Source: a virus
DNA: 64,000 nucleotides
Virus record (IMG/VR): IMGVR_UViG_3300040856_003015
Coordinates: 10,893 to 74,892 of that record
Direction: 5' to 3' (one strand)
Each line of letters begins with the position of its first letter. Position 1 is the first letter of the stretch. Below are positions 16,302-26,310 of this stretch, in pieces. The notes below the pieces were generated by a model. The model was not told the origin of the DNA and ran no database searches. It saw only the letters and a program-made list of their open reading frames with translations. Both the position numbers and the translations under genes were made by a program.

Positions 16302-18014
16302 TCAGACCACCATATAGGAAAAGTTTTTTCTTTTTTCAAACTTTATGACACTTCCAAATTTGTCCTTTAAAAGTTCTTTATGTGATATCACAAAAACATT
16401 AGCATCTTTAATAACATACCTAATTATTTTTAAAAACTCATCTGCTCCAAATTCATCGAGTGAAGAATCAAAGGTTTCATCAAAAATAATTAAATTACAA
16501 CTTAAAGAATTTTTAAGTTTTGCGACTTCTCTCCAAGCAAATAGTAAAGCAAGATTTATTCTAGATTTTTCACCCTCACTAAAAGATGCATAAGAAAAAT
16601 CTTCATGAATCGGTGATTGTATTGTTTCATTAAATTCTTCATCAAGAGTGAAGTTTATATAAAAATCCATCATCTGAAGATACCGATTAACTTGTTGATT
16701 TATAAGTGGTAAATATTTTTTAATAATTTTAGTTTTTACTCCACCATCTTTTAATAAACTATAAGAAAAATCATAATAATCAATTTCTTCTTTTTTTGAA
16801 ATTAATTCTTCGTATGTATTTTTTAAATTTTCATTGAATAACTCTAACTTTTCATGTTCAGTATTTCTATTTTCAAGTTGTTTGGTAATTGTTTGAATTT
16901 CAGATTCAAGATCTCGGATTTGTTTTTGATATCCAGATATCTTAGTATTATTTTGAGAAATGTCATTAGTTAGTTTAGTGATTTCTTTCATAAACAAAGA
17001 AAATTGACTCTCTCTTTTTTCTTCATCTCTAATTGCTTGCTCTAGATCATCGTAACCAGATTGCAATTCTTTTGCTTTATTTTGAGCGTCTTCAATTTTA
17101 TTGATTCTAAAATCTTCATCTATTTCTTGAGTGCACGTTGGGCAAATCTTATTACTATTGAAAAATTGATGTTCTGATACAATAGTAGATATTTTCTGGG
17201 ATATTTTACCTTTAAGATTTCCCAATTTTCTAAGTTTTTCAGTAGATCCGCTATAACTTTCTATTTCGATTTTACTTTCATCTAATTTATTTTGAAGATT
17301 ATTATTATCCAACATCAAAGAATTAATTTCATTGTTTAATTGCAATATCCCCTCATCTTTTTGTGCTATATTTTCCTTTCCACGATTTTCCAACTGTAAG
17401 ATGAAGTTTTTTTGCATCTTAACTTTATCATTTAAAGATTCTTTTTTAAGTTCTAATACATTCACTTCATCTTTTGAAGTTTTCATTTGATCTTTAATGA
17501 TCGAAGTCATTGATGAAAATATTTTAATATCAAGTAAATCTTCTATTACTTCTCTACGACTAGATGCTGACAACTGCATAAATGGGATGAAATTACTACT
17601 TCCAAGAATTACAAGTTGTGTAAATGATTTGTAATTCATTTTTAATATACTTTGCTCAAGTAACTTCTGTTGGTCAGAAGAAGAAGAATCTTGGTTTAGT
17701 AACTCTCCATTTTTGTATATTTCAAATATAGATGGTTTTATTCCCCGTATAATCTTCCAATTAACTGATCCAATTGAAAATTTTAACTCTACAACACAAT
17801 CTTTTTCATTTATAGAATTTATTAACTGTGGTTTATTAATTCCTCTATAGGATTTCCCAAAAAGAGAGAAAGTTATAGCATCAAGGATCGTACTTTTACC
17901 AGAACCATTATTTCCAACTATTAGAGTAGTAGGATTTTTATTAAGATTTATTTCAATAAAATAATTTCCTGAACTTAAAAAGTTTTTATATTTTACTGTT
18001 TCAAATGTAATCAT
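16302..18014 (-). CDS. gp46: Recombination endonuclease ATPase subunit (Rad50/SbcC-like)
   Basis: GNNGSGKS, CPTC hook, FSEGE, IFDE. Confidence 0.96.
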   Translation of the reverse strand: MITFETVKYKNFLSSGNYFIEINLNKNPTTLIVGNNGSGKSTILDAITFSLFGKSYRGINKPQLINSINEKDCVVELKFSIGSVNWKIIRGIKPSIFEIYKNGELLNQDSSSSDQQKLLEQSILKMNYKSFTQLVILGSSNFIPFMQLSASSRREVIEDLLDIKIFSSMTSIIKDQMKTSKDEVNVLELKKESLNDKVKMQKNFILQLENRGKENIAQKDEGILQLNNEINSLMLDNNNLQNKLDESKIEIESYSGSTEKLRKLGNLKGKISQKISTIVSEHQFFNSNKICPTCTQEIDEDFRINKIEDAQNKAKELQSGYDDLEQAIRDEEKRESQFSLFMKEITKLTNDISQNNTKISGYQKQIRDLESEIQTITKQLENRNTEHEKLELFNENLKNTYEELISKKEEIDYYDFSYSLLKDGGVKTKIIKKYLPLINQQVNRYLQMMDFYINFTLDEEFNETIQSPIHEDFSYASFSEGEKSRINLALLFAWREVAKLKNSLSCNLIIFDETFDSSLDEFGADEFLKIIRYVIKDANVFVISHKELLKDKFGSVIKFEKRKNFSYMVV

Positions 18015-18273
18015 TTTCTATCGGCGGAACTACAATATCATTTTTAGTTATTACAAAATACTCATAATTATGCATATCACAAGATTCTAATAAAATTTGA
18101 TCATCAACTTCTTGCACCTGCATTTGTGGATATTTTTTAGACTCATTTAATTGAAGTGCATATCTTTCAGCATCATCTTTTTCTTCGAAAATGCAAAGTA
18201 TTTGTGAACCCCTTTCATCTCTTAAGGAAAATGCTCCTTCATTTATTTTACCTTCTATAGTGATGATATACAT
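18001..18273 (-). CDS. Hypothetical protein (DUF3110-like)
   Basis: IFEEKDDAERYALQL; lies between gp47 and gp46. Confidence 0.65.
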   Translation of the reverse strand: MYIITIEGKINEGAFSLRDERGSQILCIFEEKDDAERYALQLNESKKYPQMQVQEVDDQILLESCDMHNYEYFVITKNDIVVPPIENDYI

Positions 18274-18274
18274 A

Positions 18275-19315
18275 TCATACTAGTTCGCACGCTTCTTTGT
18301 AAGTTTTATAAAGAATTTTTTTAATCTTTGATTTTTTTAAATCTGTCTTAGATTCTTCAATGTATTTATCAACTATAGACATAGTATGTTCTGTTTCAAA
18401 CTCACACGAAATATCTATATTATCTACATTAAAATTTTCTACTATTTTTAGTTCAGAGATATCCGAAGAGTAAAGTTCATCTATAAATTTTTCATATCTA
18501 TTTTTATCAGTCTTTTTCTTGACTATAACCTTTACTATTTTATTTTTATATTCCGAAAAATCTATATCATCAATATCACTATCTTCATAATATATCTGAT
18601 AGTGCATCTTATAAGGATTTTGAATAAAATTTAATTCAAGTGTGCTTGTGTCAAATAAATGAAATCCCCTCCTATCATCAACATCATTCCAATATATTTC
18701 GTAAGGATTACCTAAATAAAATATTTTTTTATTGTCAGATTTGGTATGATAATGTCCAGAAAATACTAACTTGCAATTGTCAAATAGAGATCTATCATAA
18801 CCTTCCTGCATAACATGCCCTTTGTATGCAGTAAACCCCGAAAGTTCAAGATGTCCCATTGCAACTTTGCATTTGGAGTTTTTTATTGCGTTAAAAGTCT
18901 TTTGTTCATTTTCTTGATTAATCCACGGAAGAAATAAAATAGATAAATCTCCTATTTGAAGTACTTGAGGATCTGAGATTATTTTTACATTATCATACTC
19001 TCTCAAAAGCAAATCTACTGCATTAAGATTATTTGAATTTTTGTAATATGATGTATGGTTTCCAACTACAGTATAAACTGTACATCCCATATCTCTGAGT
19101 TTATCATAATAATTTGTTTTAGACCATTCTAATGCAGCAAAATCTATTGACTTTCTGTTATCAAAAGTATCTCCAAGATCAATAACAGTTTTTATATTAT
19201 TTTTTTCGAGGTTTGGAAAAAATATATTATTGTAAAAATCTAAAAAATAATCATGGAATAACTTAGAATTTTTTCTACATCCAAAATGTTGGTCCGTAAT
19301 AATTGCTGTTAACAT
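18275..19315 (-). CDS. gp47: Recombination endonuclease nuclease subunit (Mre11/SbcD-like)
   Basis: TDQHFG, LGDTFD, GNH, GHYH. Confidence 0.96.
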   Translation of the reverse strand: MLTAIITDQHFGCRKNSKLFHDYFLDFYNNIFFPNLEKNNIKTVIDLGDTFDNRKSIDFAALEWSKTNYYDKLRDMGCTVYTVVGNHTSYYKNSNNLNAVDLLLREYDNVKIISDPQVLQIGDLSILFLPWINQENEQKTFNAIKNSKCKVAMGHLELSGFTAYKGHVMQEGYDRSLFDNCKLVFSGHYHTKSDNKKIFYLGNPYEIYWNDVDDRRGFHLFDTSTLELNFIQNPYKMHYQIYYEDSDIDDIDFSEYKNKIVKVIVKKKTDKNRYEKFIDELYSSDISELKIVENFNVDNIDISCEFETEHTMSIVDKYIEESKTDLKKSKIKKILYKTYKEACELV

Positions 19316-19812
19316 TAATGTCTAAGTTTCGAATGAACATTGTCTTTGATAGAATTATAGTCGCTATAGTTATTTCCGTCAACACCCCCATCATCGAAAA
19401 ATACTTCATCAAACCCAGTTTTTTCTATGATTTTATTTTTTATATCTAGTTGACGTTTTTCTTTTTGAATTCTTCTCAAAAAAGCGTAGTGTATAATTTG
19501 AGTAAAATAAGCAAAAGGATTTTGCGACTTTTCAGGATTGAAATTATGAATATACTGAACACAATTTTCAATACCATCAGAAATCATATCATCTTTAAAG
19601 ATATAATTAACAAAATTTGGTTTGAATGATAAATGCGTTGCAATTTTGAGAAAGCACTCACCTAGATAATTAGTAATTCTTGGTTTGGGTAAGTTATTTT
19701 TTTCAGCATCATCAATAGATTTTTTATATTCTATAATTGCTGCTAGAAAATCTTTATTATTAACATAATGAATGGTTCTCTGTCTTTTTGGCATTTTACT
19801 TACTAATGACAT
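19315..19812 (-). CDS. gp55: Late-transcription sigma factor
   Basis: HYVNNKDF, DMISDGIENC, NPFAYFTQI. Start uncertain; set to ATG 19812. Confidence 0.94.
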   Translation of the reverse strand: MSLVSKMPKRQRTIHYVNNKDFLAAIIEYKKSIDDAEKNNLPKPRITNYLGECFLKIATHLSFKPNFVNYIFKDDMISDGIENCVQYIHNFNPEKSQNPFAYFTQIIHYAFLRRIQKEKRQLDIKNKIIEKTGFDEVFFDDGGVDGNNYSDYNSIKDNVHSKLRH

Positions 19813-19838
19813 GAATTTCTTGAACTTACTATCTATCA

Positions 19839-19847
19839 ATTATACCA
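19839..19847 (-). promoter_or_regulatory. Extended -10 promoter (TGGTATAAT) for gp55
   Basis: TGnTATAAT upstream of the gp55 ATG. Confidence 0.55.
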
Positions 19848-19860
19848 CATATACCCACAC

Positions 19861-19889
19861 TTGACACACTTATGGATTCTGTGTATAAT
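19861..19889 (+). promoter_or_regulatory. Perfect consensus sigma70 promoter, antisense, with no downstream gene
   Basis: TTGACA-17 nt-TATAAT. Confidence 0.75.
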
Positions 19890-19942
19890 CGTGCTTGTCA
19901 CCCTTTGGAAATTACTTAATAGCTATAGGTACTTAAAGATAC

Positions 19943-20335
19943 TTAAAAATCATTATATATCCTTTCTAGCATATCCTTTGCTATATCTACTGTAGATATA
20001 TACCCCATCTTTCTAGTTAATTTTGGTTTATCATCGTATTTTCTATTACTAGATTTTACAAATGTTTGATACATCATTATAGTCTTAGGATCAAAGCATT
20101 CAGATATTAATAATATATCATCAAGTTTTAAAATGAATAGATCTTCATCAGTAGTTTTTATCCAGGGTTCTATTTTATAACCCATTTGTTTTCCACGTAC
20201 ACTCATTTCTGTAACTATAACTGGGTTAAATATTAATACTATCATTTCATCATTTTCTTCAGAAGGTAGAACCTTACAGAATATTTCTTCCCCAGTTTTT
20301 AATTTTACAGTTGCATAAAAATCTTCTTCTTTCAT
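19943..20335 (-). CDS. Conserved T4-like hypothetical protein between uvsW and gp55
   Basis: FYATVKLKTGEEIF...EPW...KMGYISTV; conserved position. Confidence 0.75.
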   Translation of the reverse strand: MKEEDFYATVKLKTGEEIFCKVLPSEENDEMIVLIFNPVIVTEMSVRGKQMGYKIEPWIKTTDEDLFILKLDDILLISECFDPKTIMMYQTFVKSSNRKYDDKPKLTRKMGYISTVDIAKDMLERIYNDF

Positions 20336-21795
20336 ATCTTTAAATTAATAGGTATAATTTCATAATTAAATTTTTCTTCGTTATAAATTTTTATTCTTTC
20401 TATTAAATGATTTAGAGTATAATTTTTTCTACCTTTAAATGTACAATCATCAGAAATATCATAAAGTTTTGCTTGACTTTTATTTGATGATTTTCTCAAT
20501 ACTCTTCCTATAGATTGTAAATTTCTTATTCTAGACTTACTTGGTGATGCAAATACTACATTATGCAAATTTTTAATGTTTATTCCTGTTGAAAAAACTC
20601 CATATGATGCAATTATTATTGCATTACTTTCTTTTTCAGTAATTTCTCTTACTTGCTCTCTTTCAGAAGTTTTTATTCCACCATGAACAAAAAATACCTT
20701 TCTTTTATGGTCAATACTACTATTTATTAAATCATACAATGGTTTACCATGAGTTTCTACTCTAGAAAATAAAATTAAAGTATTTCCACTCAAATCTAAA
20801 GATAAATTTTTAATAAAGTTATTCCTTTTATCATTAGTTATTAAATATTGAATTTCATCTTCATATGTGCTAAATTGCAATGGTTTATGCTTCAAAAGAA
20901 GACATTGTATGTCTAATTTTGATAGATAACCTTTTTCCATTAATTCTGATGTATTAGTCACTTTATATGAAGGTCCAAACAATCCTTCAAGAACCCACTT
21001 ATGAGTCTGAGATCCATCTAGAGTTCCAGTAAAACCAAATCTATACTTAGTATGATGTAACTTTGTCATTATAGAGATTAAAGATTTACTTTTAAATAAA
21101 TGTGCTTCATCCCCAATTACTACATTATATTTTTCAAAAAATGATTTGGGTAATTTGTAAATACTTTGCCAAGTAGTTATTGTAACTGGCATATCATTAT
21201 ATTTTTCCCTACCAGAATATATTTTATGACAATAGGAATCAGAGTCCCACCCATAGTCATTAAAATCTTTAGACATTTGCTCTACTAGACTAGTTGTGGG
21301 AACAACTAATAAAATTTTTTGTTTCTTATGAACATAATATCTAACAATAGAATATATCATCAAACTTTTACCGGATGCTGTTGGACTTAGTAAAAGTTTT
21401 CTATTATATCTTAATGCGTTATAAATCCCATCAAGTTGATAATCTCTTGGTTTAATTCTAGAAATAGAATTTATATAGTCTTTTAATCCCTCTACTGATA
21501 TTTCTTCGTTTACTTCGAATGGTAACCCATAATATGGATTATTTTTAAATTCATAACTATAATTATATTTCTTTAATTTTTCAATAACTTTATCAAGCAA
21601 CCCCACATAGATTTCTCCAGTATGTGTACTTAATAATCTTATTTTTCCATCCCAATATTTATTTCTCATCTGAGGCATAAATTTTGCACCTTCAACATCA
21701 AAAGTAAAATGTTGTTGAAGTTCATACAAAATATGAGGTTCACATTCTAACTTAATGTAAACCTCATTCTTTTTAGAAATTATTACATCAGACAT
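20332..21795 (-). CDS. uvsW: UvsW SF2 helicase
   Basis: PRDYQ, SPTASGKS, DEAH, TGT, QSIGRVLR. Confidence 0.96.
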   Translation of the reverse strand: MSDVIISKKNEVYIKLECEPHILYELQQHFTFDVEGAKFMPQMRNKYWDGKIRLLSTHTGEIYVGLLDKVIEKLKKYNYSYEFKNNPYYGLPFEVNEEISVEGLKDYINSISRIKPRDYQLDGIYNALRYNRKLLLSPTASGKSLMIYSIVRYYVHKKQKILLVVPTTSLVEQMSKDFNDYGWDSDSYCHKIYSGREKYNDMPVTITTWQSIYKLPKSFFEKYNVVIGDEAHLFKSKSLISIMTKLHHTKYRFGFTGTLDGSQTHKWVLEGLFGPSYKVTNTSELMEKGYLSKLDIQCLLLKHKPLQFSTYEDEIQYLITNDKRNNFIKNLSLDLSGNTLILFSRVETHGKPLYDLINSSIDHKRKVFFVHGGIKTSEREQVREITEKESNAIIIASYGVFSTGINIKNLHNVVFASPSKSRIRNLQSIGRVLRKSSNKSQAKLYDISDDCTFKGRKNYTLNHLIERIKIYNEEKFNYEIIPINLKI

Positions 21796-21797
21796 AG

Positions 21798-21824
21798 AAA
21801 TATGTTCAACTGAACATATTTATA
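21798..21824 (-). promoter_or_regulatory. Late promoter TATAAATA (21817-21824) overlapping an 11-bp inverted repeat just before the uvsW ATG
   Basis: aaatatgttca-ac-tgaacatattt. Confidence 0.7.
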
Positions 21825-21826
21825 TC

Positions 21827-22261
21827 TTAAAAACCAGATTGAAATTTCATATAGTCTATTGCATTTTTTATCTGATAATTTCTGTTATGAATCATTTTTA
21901 TAATATCTTCAAGATATTTTAACATAACGTCATAATATTCAACTTTCAAAGAAATTTCTGATAATTTTTCATCTGCATCCATATATTTTTGCATAGTATC
22001 CTTATCTCTGATTTTCTTAGGAAACGGATTTTCTAGATATACATCAGGATCTGCTTTTCCGGAATAATATTCATATCTTTCATGTCTTATTGTTTTTTTT
22101 AATTGCTCTGCTCTCTTTCTTAGGAGAATTATATTATTGTATATTTCAAAATATTTTGAATGTAGTATTGAAGAATTTAATGATTCTGTATGCAAATTAT
22201 CAGGATCTATTTTAGAATCTTCTTCCCACATACTTTGAATTTTTTCAAGATCTAATATCAT
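21827..22261 (-). CDS. uvsY: UvsY recombination mediator
   Basis: MWEEDSKID, LHSKY, YYSGKA, RNYQIKNAID. Confidence 0.93.
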   Translation of the reverse strand: MILDLEKIQSMWEEDSKIDPDNLHTESLNSSILHSKYFEIYNNIILLRKRAEQLKKTIRHERYEYYSGKADPDVYLENPFPKKIRDKDTMQKYMDADEKLSEISLKVEYYDVMLKYLEDIIKMIHNRNYQIKNAIDYMKFQSGF

Positions 22262-22836
22262 AATGGGTGTAGAGGTTCATCAACTTTATCTACTATATTA
22301 TACATCATATACTTAAATTTTACTTCTGCAGTCAAATATTCAATATCGTCTGATGTGGAATCAAATCTTAATGAGGATAACTCGTATGGAAATAGTCCTT
22401 TGAATATAACTTTAAAATTTGCATTCTCGGAACTAGTAAGAACAAGTAAAGTTCCATCAGAATATAAATTCATCTCCGACCTTGAGAATCTGGTATAATC
22501 AACATTTGTTTTCTGCAATTTATATATTTCACCCAAAGACTCTGGAAATCCTAATCCCCTCATCCAATTTTGTATTTCCATGTAATTCTCTAAATTTTCA
22601 TCGACCAAAAATCTAAATGTAAAATCATCAAACTCCATCTTATCCCCAGGAACTGGTATATCTCTTAAATAATTTGGATGATTTGCTATTCCTAAAGATA
22701 TACCAGGTATTTCTGCGGTATTTGCAAAAAATGCAGTTTTTGGTGATCTATTTAAAGTTAGTTTATAACCAAGTGGAGATAGAAAATTTCTATTCTGTAT
22801 TTCATTTCTGAAAATATTACTAGTTTGATTGCTCAT
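22258..22836 (-). CDS. gp3: Tail completion / tube terminator
   Basis: NFLSP, PGISLG, FLVDENLENY..I.NWM, FP..LS. Confidence 0.88.
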   Translation of the reverse strand: MSNQTSNIFRNEIQNRNFLSPLGYKLTLNRSPKTAFFANTAEIPGISLGIANHPNYLRDIPVPGDKMEFDDFTFRFLVDENLENYMEIQNWMRGLGFPESLGEIYKLQKTNVDYTRFSRSEMNLYSDGTLLVLTSSENANFKVIFKGLFPYELSSLRFDSTSDDIEYLTAEVKFKYMMYNIVDKVDEPLHPL

Positions 22837-22859
22837 TATACTTTTTTAAATATTTAGAT

Positions 22860-22887
22860 AAAAAAAGAGACCCCATAAGGAGTCTCT
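22860..22887 (-). terminator. Rho-independent terminator after gp23
   Basis: AGAGACTCC-TTAT-GGGGTCTCT followed by a T tract. Confidence 0.85.
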
Positions 22888-22909
22888 GTACAACTTTTGT
22901 GATAAGTGA

Positions 22910-24316
22910 TCACATGAGGTTCTTAACTTGAACTCTTCTGTAATAGCGGTTGCTATTAATCTTAAGTGCTCCAAGACCCTTATCTGGACCTTCTGCGAAT
23001 GGATTAGCAACAAGACCATAACGAGTCTTAAATCCAATTTTTGGCTGGAAGGTGTTCTCACCAACTGCACGTACCATCTGGAGAGGTACATATGGGCAGT
23101 AGAAGATACCAGCATCATAAGGAGAAGAACCCTTGTAACCCACAACGTAATACTGATTAGCAGATACGTTAGCAGCATAAGGATCAATATAAACGCGGAA
23201 CTTACCGAGAAGAACACCAGCAAAGGTATTGCCAGTATCATCAACGCTAAGATTTGCGTTAAGTGCAGGAGTATAGTCGAGAACACCTGCCATGCTTAGC
23301 GCAGAAGCAACGTCTGCGGAACACATGATGGTGTTGCCCTTTCCTCTACGAGTACGCTGTGCGATTGCATTAGCATCACGCTCGATTTGGAATAGTAGAC
23401 CCTTGAACTTCTCAACGCTCCAACGACCGTTAGAATCGATGTCAAGGTCAAATACACCCTGGGTTGCCACATTAGCGGCAGCACCCTGCTCAGCGACCTT
23501 GTAGATGGTTCTGATGACCTCACGGTTGATCTCTGCAAGAATCTCGCTAGAAAGGATATTAGCGAGTTCTGCTTCAGCATTCAGACCGTGAATTGCCTTA
23601 AGGTCTTGAGCAAGTTCTAGACTGTACTCAGCTTTCAGTGCTCTGGATTTTGCTTCAACGAGGACTTTCTCGATAGAGAATGCCATTTCGTTGAACTGGT
23701 TACCATCAGCATTACCAAGAGATTCTGATTGAGTGGTCTTCATCCCTTGACCGACATTATATCCGGTTGAGGATGCAGTACCAACTGGGTTTAGAAGTCC
23801 TGGATTATCGCCAGTCTGAGAAGTAGTACCCATACCTGCTGCAGCATCGCTAAATGCTGAGGTAAGGTTATTACTATCATTCTGACCAGAGAATGCGGTA
23901 TTTACTTCATCATAGAAGGTTTCTGGTCCAGTCTGATTCTCGTATCTGGAGCGCATAGCAAAGATTAGTCCAGTAGGACCAGTCATTGGTTGAACCCCAG
24001 CGAGATCATATGCTACCAGGTTAGGCATTGCACGTCTGATCAATGAAATCAGAACGGGATCAAAACCTGATACTGGACCACCAGCATCAGCACCACCGCT
24101 GAAACCGGCGGCACCACTTGCGGTGCTAGTATTTACAGTTGGGGTCTCAGTTAGAAGACCACCTTGTTGGAAAGCAGTTTGCTCTCTTAAAAATTTTTCT
24201 TGATTTTCGAGCAGGACAGCGGTTACAGCCTTTCTGTGTGAATCCTTGATTGGATCAAGACCTTCATAATTTAGTAAAGGTGCCCACTTTTCCTGCAGAT
24301 GCCCGGATTGGAACAT
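22910..24316 (-). CDS. gp23: Major capsid protein
   Basis: KWAPLL, VQPMTGPTGLIFAMR, KSRALKAEY, FQPKIGFKTRYG. Confidence 0.98.
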   Translation of the reverse strand: MFQSGHLQEKWAPLLNYEGLDPIKDSHRKAVTAVLLENQEKFLREQTAFQQGGLLTETPTVNTSTASGAAGFSGGADAGGPVSGFDPVLISLIRRAMPNLVAYDLAGVQPMTGPTGLIFAMRSRYENQTGPETFYDEVNTAFSGQNDSNNLTSAFSDAAAGMGTTSQTGDNPGLLNPVGTASSTGYNVGQGMKTTQSESLGNADGNQFNEMAFSIEKVLVEAKSRALKAEYSLELAQDLKAIHGLNAEAELANILSSEILAEINREVIRTIYKVAEQGAAANVATQGVFDLDIDSNGRWSVEKFKGLLFQIERDANAIAQRTRRGKGNTIMCSADVASALSMAGVLDYTPALNANLSVDDTGNTFAGVLLGKFRVYIDPYAANVSANQYYVVGYKGSSPYDAGIFYCPYVPLQMVRAVGENTFQPKIGFKTRYGLVANPFAEGPDKGLGALKINSNRYYRRVQVKNLM

Positions 24317-24363
24317 TTGCGTTTACCTCTTAAATGCGTTTTTTGTTTGATTTAATATTGAAT

Positions 24364-25596
24364 TCAGCGTTTTGCAACTGCTGAAAGAGTTCTCAAGTAA
24401 GTATTCATCGTATCTGAATGGTATTCAGGTACAACATCTACTCCTTCAGAAAGTGTTTCAGTTATTGCCTGTGGAGAAGTTACTCTTGAAGAAAAATATG
24501 CTTCCTTCAATGTCTCCAGTTTTTCACGATAAGTTGACTCACTTTCAAACTCAACACTTTCGGCAAGTGAAGCGAGCTTCTCTTTCTGAGTGACTGCTAA
24601 TCCTTCAGAAATTTCATCAAAAATTCTATCTGCAACCGACTCGGAGAGACGCTTGTTTATAGAGATATTTTTTTCAATTTGCTCGTTGAGTTTTGTCTCC
24701 ATATCATCAAGTTTTTCTACCATGCTCTCAAGTACATCATATTTATCTTCAGGGATTGATACATAATGTTCTTCAAAAAGTCCTTTTAGACCAGTCATAA
24801 AGGACTCAGTTAGTTCTTCTTTAAGTCCAGTTTCAATGGAAAGAGTATTTTCTGCCATCCATTCACTTGCAACATATTCTAGATAAGTATCGACACGTTC
24901 TTGTAGATCCGATTTAATTTCTTCAATTTCTTCTACAAGTCTTTGCTCATAAGATTCTTCTAGTTCTTCACTAATTTCATTAACTTTTGAACGTAGAGCA
25001 GATTCAAAAATAATTTTTGCTTTTTCTTGGAATTCTTCGGAGAGTTCTTCATTTTGAAGAAGTGCATTAACATCTTCTTCGATGTCAAATTCTTCTTTCA
25101 TTTCATCATCATCTTCTTCATTATTCCTTTTCTTTTTCTTTTTTTTATCACCTTTTCCTGAATAGTCATCATCATCATCATCATCATCATCTTCATCATC
25201 TCCACAACTTTCTTCATCTAGAAGATCATCTTCATCTATATCTTCATCTGCATCTTCATCTAGATCTTCATCTTCATCTAGAAGATCTTCATCATCCAAA
25301 TCTTCATCTTCTTTAACTGCTAATTTTTTCATAGAGTCGGCAGACTTAGCACCTCTGTTTACAACATCAGATACTGTTTTTAAAGATGGTTCTTTCAACT
25401 TAGATGAATCATCATCAGATTTATAATTTTCTGGAGTAGGACCACCAAGATCTTCCCAGCCAGTTGCACTTTGACCATCAGGAATACCTGTACTCAAATG
25501 TGCCATTGGTTCTGCTGAACTTGCCTTAGCATTTACAGCAGTTCTGGATTGCTTTGTGCCTGCTTCCATTTCCTGTAATTTTTTGCCACGAGACAT
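24364..25596 (-). CDS. gp22: Prohead core scaffold protein
   Basis: EDLGGPTPENY, LSEEFQEKAKIIFE, YLEYVASEWM; synteny. Confidence 0.92.
   Translation of the reverse strand: MSRGKKLQEMEAGTKQSRTAVNAKASSAEPMAHLSTGIPDGQSATGWEDLGGPTPENYKSDDDSSKLKEPSLKTVSDVVNRGAKSADSMKKLAVKEDEDLDDEDLLDEDEDLDEDADEDIDEDDLLDEESCGDDEDDDDDDDDDYSGKGDKKKKKKRNNEEDDDEMKEEFDIEEDVNALLQNEELSEEFQEKAKIIFESALRSKVNEISEELEESYEQRLVEEIEEIKSDLQERVDTYLEYVASEWMAENTLSIETGLKEELTESFMTGLKGLFEEHYVSIPEDKYDVLESMVEKLDDMETKLNEQIEKNISINKRLSESVADRIFDEISEGLAVTQKEKLASLAESVEFESESTYREKLETLKEAYFSSRVTSPQAITETLSEGVDVVPEYHSDTMNTYLRTLSAVAKR
25085..25312 (-). repeat. Low-complexity GAT/GAA acidic tract in gp22, including a (GAT)n run and a poly-Lys patch
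   Basis: EDEDLDDEDLLDEDEDLDEDADEDIDEDDLLDEE...DDDDDDDDD...KKKKKK. Confidence 0.85.
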
Positions 25597-25654
25597 TTGA
25601 ACTCTCCGTTTAACCTTAGTTAGTTTAACTATATTTATTTATTAAATTATTAAA

Positions 25655-26305
25655 TTACAACGAATTCAAAAATTCGTTAAATAAGTTTAATTTATGTTCT
25701 TCTAAAACTCTTTGATCTACTAATGTATTAATTCTTCTTTTAGTTTGCTCAGCAATCTTTTCTCTCAAAATACCACCATCCCATACCCACTCCTTTCCTT
25801 CCATAATTCCAGATACAAACGCATCAGGTGCAGAAGGATCTGCTACAATATCAGCAGCAGTTGCTAGCATGAAATCTTCGCCAACTTCCTTATAACCTTT
25901 TTGGTTTTCTCTAAGTGAACCAATACCCCTAGAAGACACTCCAAGAGTTACTCCATCTTTGAGTAAAGATTCTGCAATCTTACCCATAGGAGTAGATAAA
26001 ATTTGTGCTTTACCTACAAAGTTATTACCTACTTGATTTAACTCAGTAATTTTATGTGAAACACGATCAAGATTTACAGTTGGTCCATCTGGATGACCAA
26101 GTTCTCCAAGAGCACGACCTTTTTGAACATATTGCTCATTATAACGCTTTACTTCCTTTTCCATGATTGAAAGAGGATACATTCTTCCATTTCTATTAAC
26201 ACATTCTGCTTGTAGAAATGGTCCTTTAATGTAAAGTTTTTGGTCTTTTCCAGTTCCTTCTTTAAGAACTTCTACCTTTTCGATTTCTTCTCTGATTAGT
26301 TTCAT
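25655..26305 (-). CDS. gp21: Prohead protease
   Basis: NRNGRMYP, GELGHP, VSH, GVSSRG, DIVADPSAPDA. Confidence 0.97.
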   Translation of the reverse strand: MKLIREEIEKVEVLKEGTGKDQKLYIKGPFLQAECVNRNGRMYPLSIMEKEVKRYNEQYVQKGRALGELGHPDGPTVNLDRVSHKITELNQVGNNFVGKAQILSTPMGKIAESLLKDGVTLGVSSRGIGSLRENQKGYKEVGEDFMLATAADIVADPSAPDAFVSGIMEGKEWVWDGGILREKIAEQTKRRINTLVDQRVLEEHKLNLFNEFLNSL

Positions 26306-26310
26306 TTTTC

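Noticed and set aside
22846-23580. Alternate-frame and antisense ORFs overlapping gp23
   Set aside because: Shadows of a highly biased, GC-richer capsid gene.
25138-25146. In-frame A_AAA_AAG in the gp22 poly-Lys patch
   Set aside because: No evident stimulator and the -1 frame stops within a few codons.
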